16,144 nt of DNA from a virus. Under the pieces are notes generated by a model. That model worked only from the letters and a program-made list of their open reading frames with translations, was not told the DNA's origin and made no database searches. Of the stretch, positions 14,824 through 16,144 are shown in pieces (the first letter of the stretch is position 1; each line of letters starts with the position of its first letter). The stretch lies in the UHGV virus genome UHGV-0251712. One strand, written 5' to 3'. A program made the position numbers and the translations under genes.

Positions 14824-14928
14824 ATGACCGATACCAGCCTGATTCCTGAGAAAGAAGTGATGAACAAGCTCGGTGTTTCATCACGTCAGACAATCTGGAA
14901 CTATACCAAACGGCACGGATGGATATAG
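14824..14928 (+). pseudogene. AlpA/TorI-family excisionase/regulator gene truncated after codon 32 (34-aa product ending ..KRHGWI*)
   Basis: GGAGA RBS. MTDTSLIPEKEVMNKLGVSSRQTIWNYTKRHG matches the N-terminal HTH of AlpA/TorI/Vis proteins (..LGVSRSTIYR..K.G.FP..). It breaks exactly where the 36-bp int-derived repeat begins (14917). Confidence 0.5.
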
Positions 14929-15189
14929 GTTACTGGCGAACACATGATTTCAGAAGAACGCTTGTTACACGTCTGTCCGAGATGAATGTCGAGCCTCATG
15001 TTACTGAGCGAATGCTCGGTCATGAACTTGGCGGGATAATGTCCGTATACAATAAACACGATTGGATAGAGGCTCAGCGCAAAGCGTATGAGCTTCACGC
15101 TGATAAATTGTTCTGGCACATCAGGAGCATTTCTGATTAACGCCACCGTTAAGTGAAATCATGTGTTCGCCAGTAACCTATATCCATCC
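14917..15189. repeat. 36-bp perfect inverted repeat (14917-14952 and 15154-15189) flanking a 201-bp segment
   Basis: GGATGGATATAGGTTACTGGCGAACACATGATTTCA is present on the plus strand at 14917 and as its reverse complement at 15154. The flanking bases differ. Each copy encodes GMDIGYWRTHDF of the integrase. Confidence 0.9.
14919..15140 (+). pseudogene. int: tyrosine integrase C-terminal catalytic fragment (73 codons: box II HDFRRT, LGH, catalytic Tyr in ..MSVYNKH..)
   Basis: MDIGYWRTHDFRRTLVTRLSEMNVEPHVTERMLGHELGGIMSVYNKHDW.. contains the HxxR, H and Y catalytic elements of phage integrases. There is no N-terminal DNA-binding or core-binding part on this strand. Confidence 0.8.
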
Positions 15190-16144
15190 CTCCCCTTATT
15201 CTATTTACGAATCGGTTGGCTGCAGCGATGCTGATCGGTTTGTTTATGTCTTCTCCAGGGAAAAGAACATCATTGTACGTTGTCATGGCCTTATCGAGGA
15301 AAGGCTTAATTTGTTCGAAGATTGGACGGCGGATAACATTACCCATCTTGCTATGCTCTTTCGGTACGGTCCATACGTTGTCCAGCAGGTCAAATTCTGT
15401 CTTTGTTGCCAGCCTAAGCTCTGAGAGCCTCGCCCCCCACAGCATAAGCATCTGATGAAGGAGCTTATTTGACGTAGACGCACGGCTTCTTTCAATAGCA
15501 AGCCAAATCTTAGCCAGTTCGTGATACGACAGTACCCGATCCCCTACCTCAGCGCGGGAGCCGAAGTCCCTTGGCTGGATGCTCATAATTGCGCAACTAT
15601 CTATCAACTGACGCCGCATGCACCAACTAATTGCTGATCTTAGTTGACTTAGCACCTGCCTTGCTCGGCGTGGATTATCTTTTTCTTCTTCGGTAAGCAG
15701 GTCAACCCATTGCTTAACCGTGATAGAAGATGCCGGACGATTAGGAAAGGCGTCATGCATGCGCTTCATAACCGTTGATCGGTAAAGTGCCTGGGTCTTT
15801 TCTCTGAGAGTTGTAGAGACGTAGTTGTCGAACCAGTAGTCGAGACACTGGGCGACCGTCATGGAGTTCTCCACCTTCTCTTCAAAATAAGTGCGTGGAT
15901 CCGTTCCTGAGAAATAGAGCTTTCGCAAGTCAGCAGTGATCTGTCTGGCATCCTTCAAAGACAGGGATGGGTATCGACCAAGCCCAAGTCGATTAGGCTT
16001 GCCATGCCAGCGATAGCGGTACTGGAACTGGATGACCCCCTTCGGTGAAATTCGTACGCTGAGGCCATCGGCATCAGCCACTTCTTGTGGGCCCGAATAT
16101 GGTTTACCATAAATAGTACGCAGTTTTGTGTCGCTTATAGCCAT
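15149..16144 (-). pseudogene. int: P4/DUF4102-type tyrosine integrase N-terminal 331 codons (arm-binding and core-binding/early catalytic region), ending ..GYWRTHDFT* just before the second catalytic Arg and the Tyr
   Basis: The N-terminus ..LSVRISPKGVIQFQYRYRWHGKPNRLGLGRYPSLSLKDARQ.. is typical of P4-like integrases (IntS/IntA family). The ATG is exactly at the window end. Together with the plus-strand fragment it would make a ~404-aa integrase if the 201-bp segment were inverted. Confidence 0.85.

Larger units (their letters stand above)
2585..16144. mobile_element. degenerate Sf6/P22-like (Podoviridae-type) prophage remnant interrupting sbcB, carrying an O-antigen modification module, a tail end-game module, PL-operon accessory genes and a split P4-type integrase
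   Basis: The left junction lies inside sbcB codon 17. The tailspike head-binding domain is near-identical to Sf6/HK620. Mnt, gp16/gp20-position ejection genes, a phage ssb and an int are present. Head, lysis, replication and immunity genes are all missing, and gp7::ssb are fused by a deletion. Confidence 0.75.

Noticed and set aside
14901-15501. ORFs 14901..15146 (-), 15161..15424 (+), 15216..15455 (+) and 15283..15501 (-) around the integrase fragments
   Set aside because: They are antisense or alternative frames of the integrase coding sequence, which has clear family motifs on the called strands.
1-16144. CRISPR arrays, rRNA or IS elements
   Set aside because: There are no short direct repeats with regular spacing, no rRNA-like conserved stretches, and no transposase-like ORF or IS-type terminal inverted repeats. 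The only long repeats are the two inverted repeats reported above.

Overview
Enterobacterial (E. coli/Shigella-like) chromosomal window. The left 2.6 kb is the core yeeA-sbmC-dacD-sbcB neighbourhood. A minus-strand gene runs off the left edge. sbmC carries a perfect LexA box upstream. dacD (PBP6b) is intact. Only the first 16 codons of sbcB (exonuclease I) remain, after which the sequence turns foreign. From about 2585 to the window end the DNA is a heavily degraded Sf6/P22-like prophage remnant. In order it contains a low-GC Oac-like O-antigen acyltransferase convergent with a tailspike gene, an orphan mnt repressor, two ejection-protein genes (gp16- and gp20-position), a 3' stub of a gp7-like gene fused directly to a 5'-truncated ssb, a run of small PL-operon 'ea' genes including a low-GC NYN-domain nuclease-like gene, a truncated AlpA/TorI-like gene, and a P4-type tyrosine integrase split into two pieces. 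Its Sf6/P22-like origin rests on the tailspike head-binding domain being near-identical to Sf6/HK620. The integrase is split as a 331-codon N-terminal part on the minus strand and a 73-codon catalytic C-terminal part on the plus strand, joined through a 36-bp perfect inverted repeat. Two further structures stand out. One is a 65-bp perfect inverted repeat with a 99-bp spacer at 298-526. The other is a junction at about 688 where sbmC loses its native C-terminus to antisense sequence of what looks like a membrane-protein N-terminus. No tRNA, rRNA or CRISPR array was recognised. All protein assignments are from reading the translations against remembered family sequences and motifs; nothing was searched.
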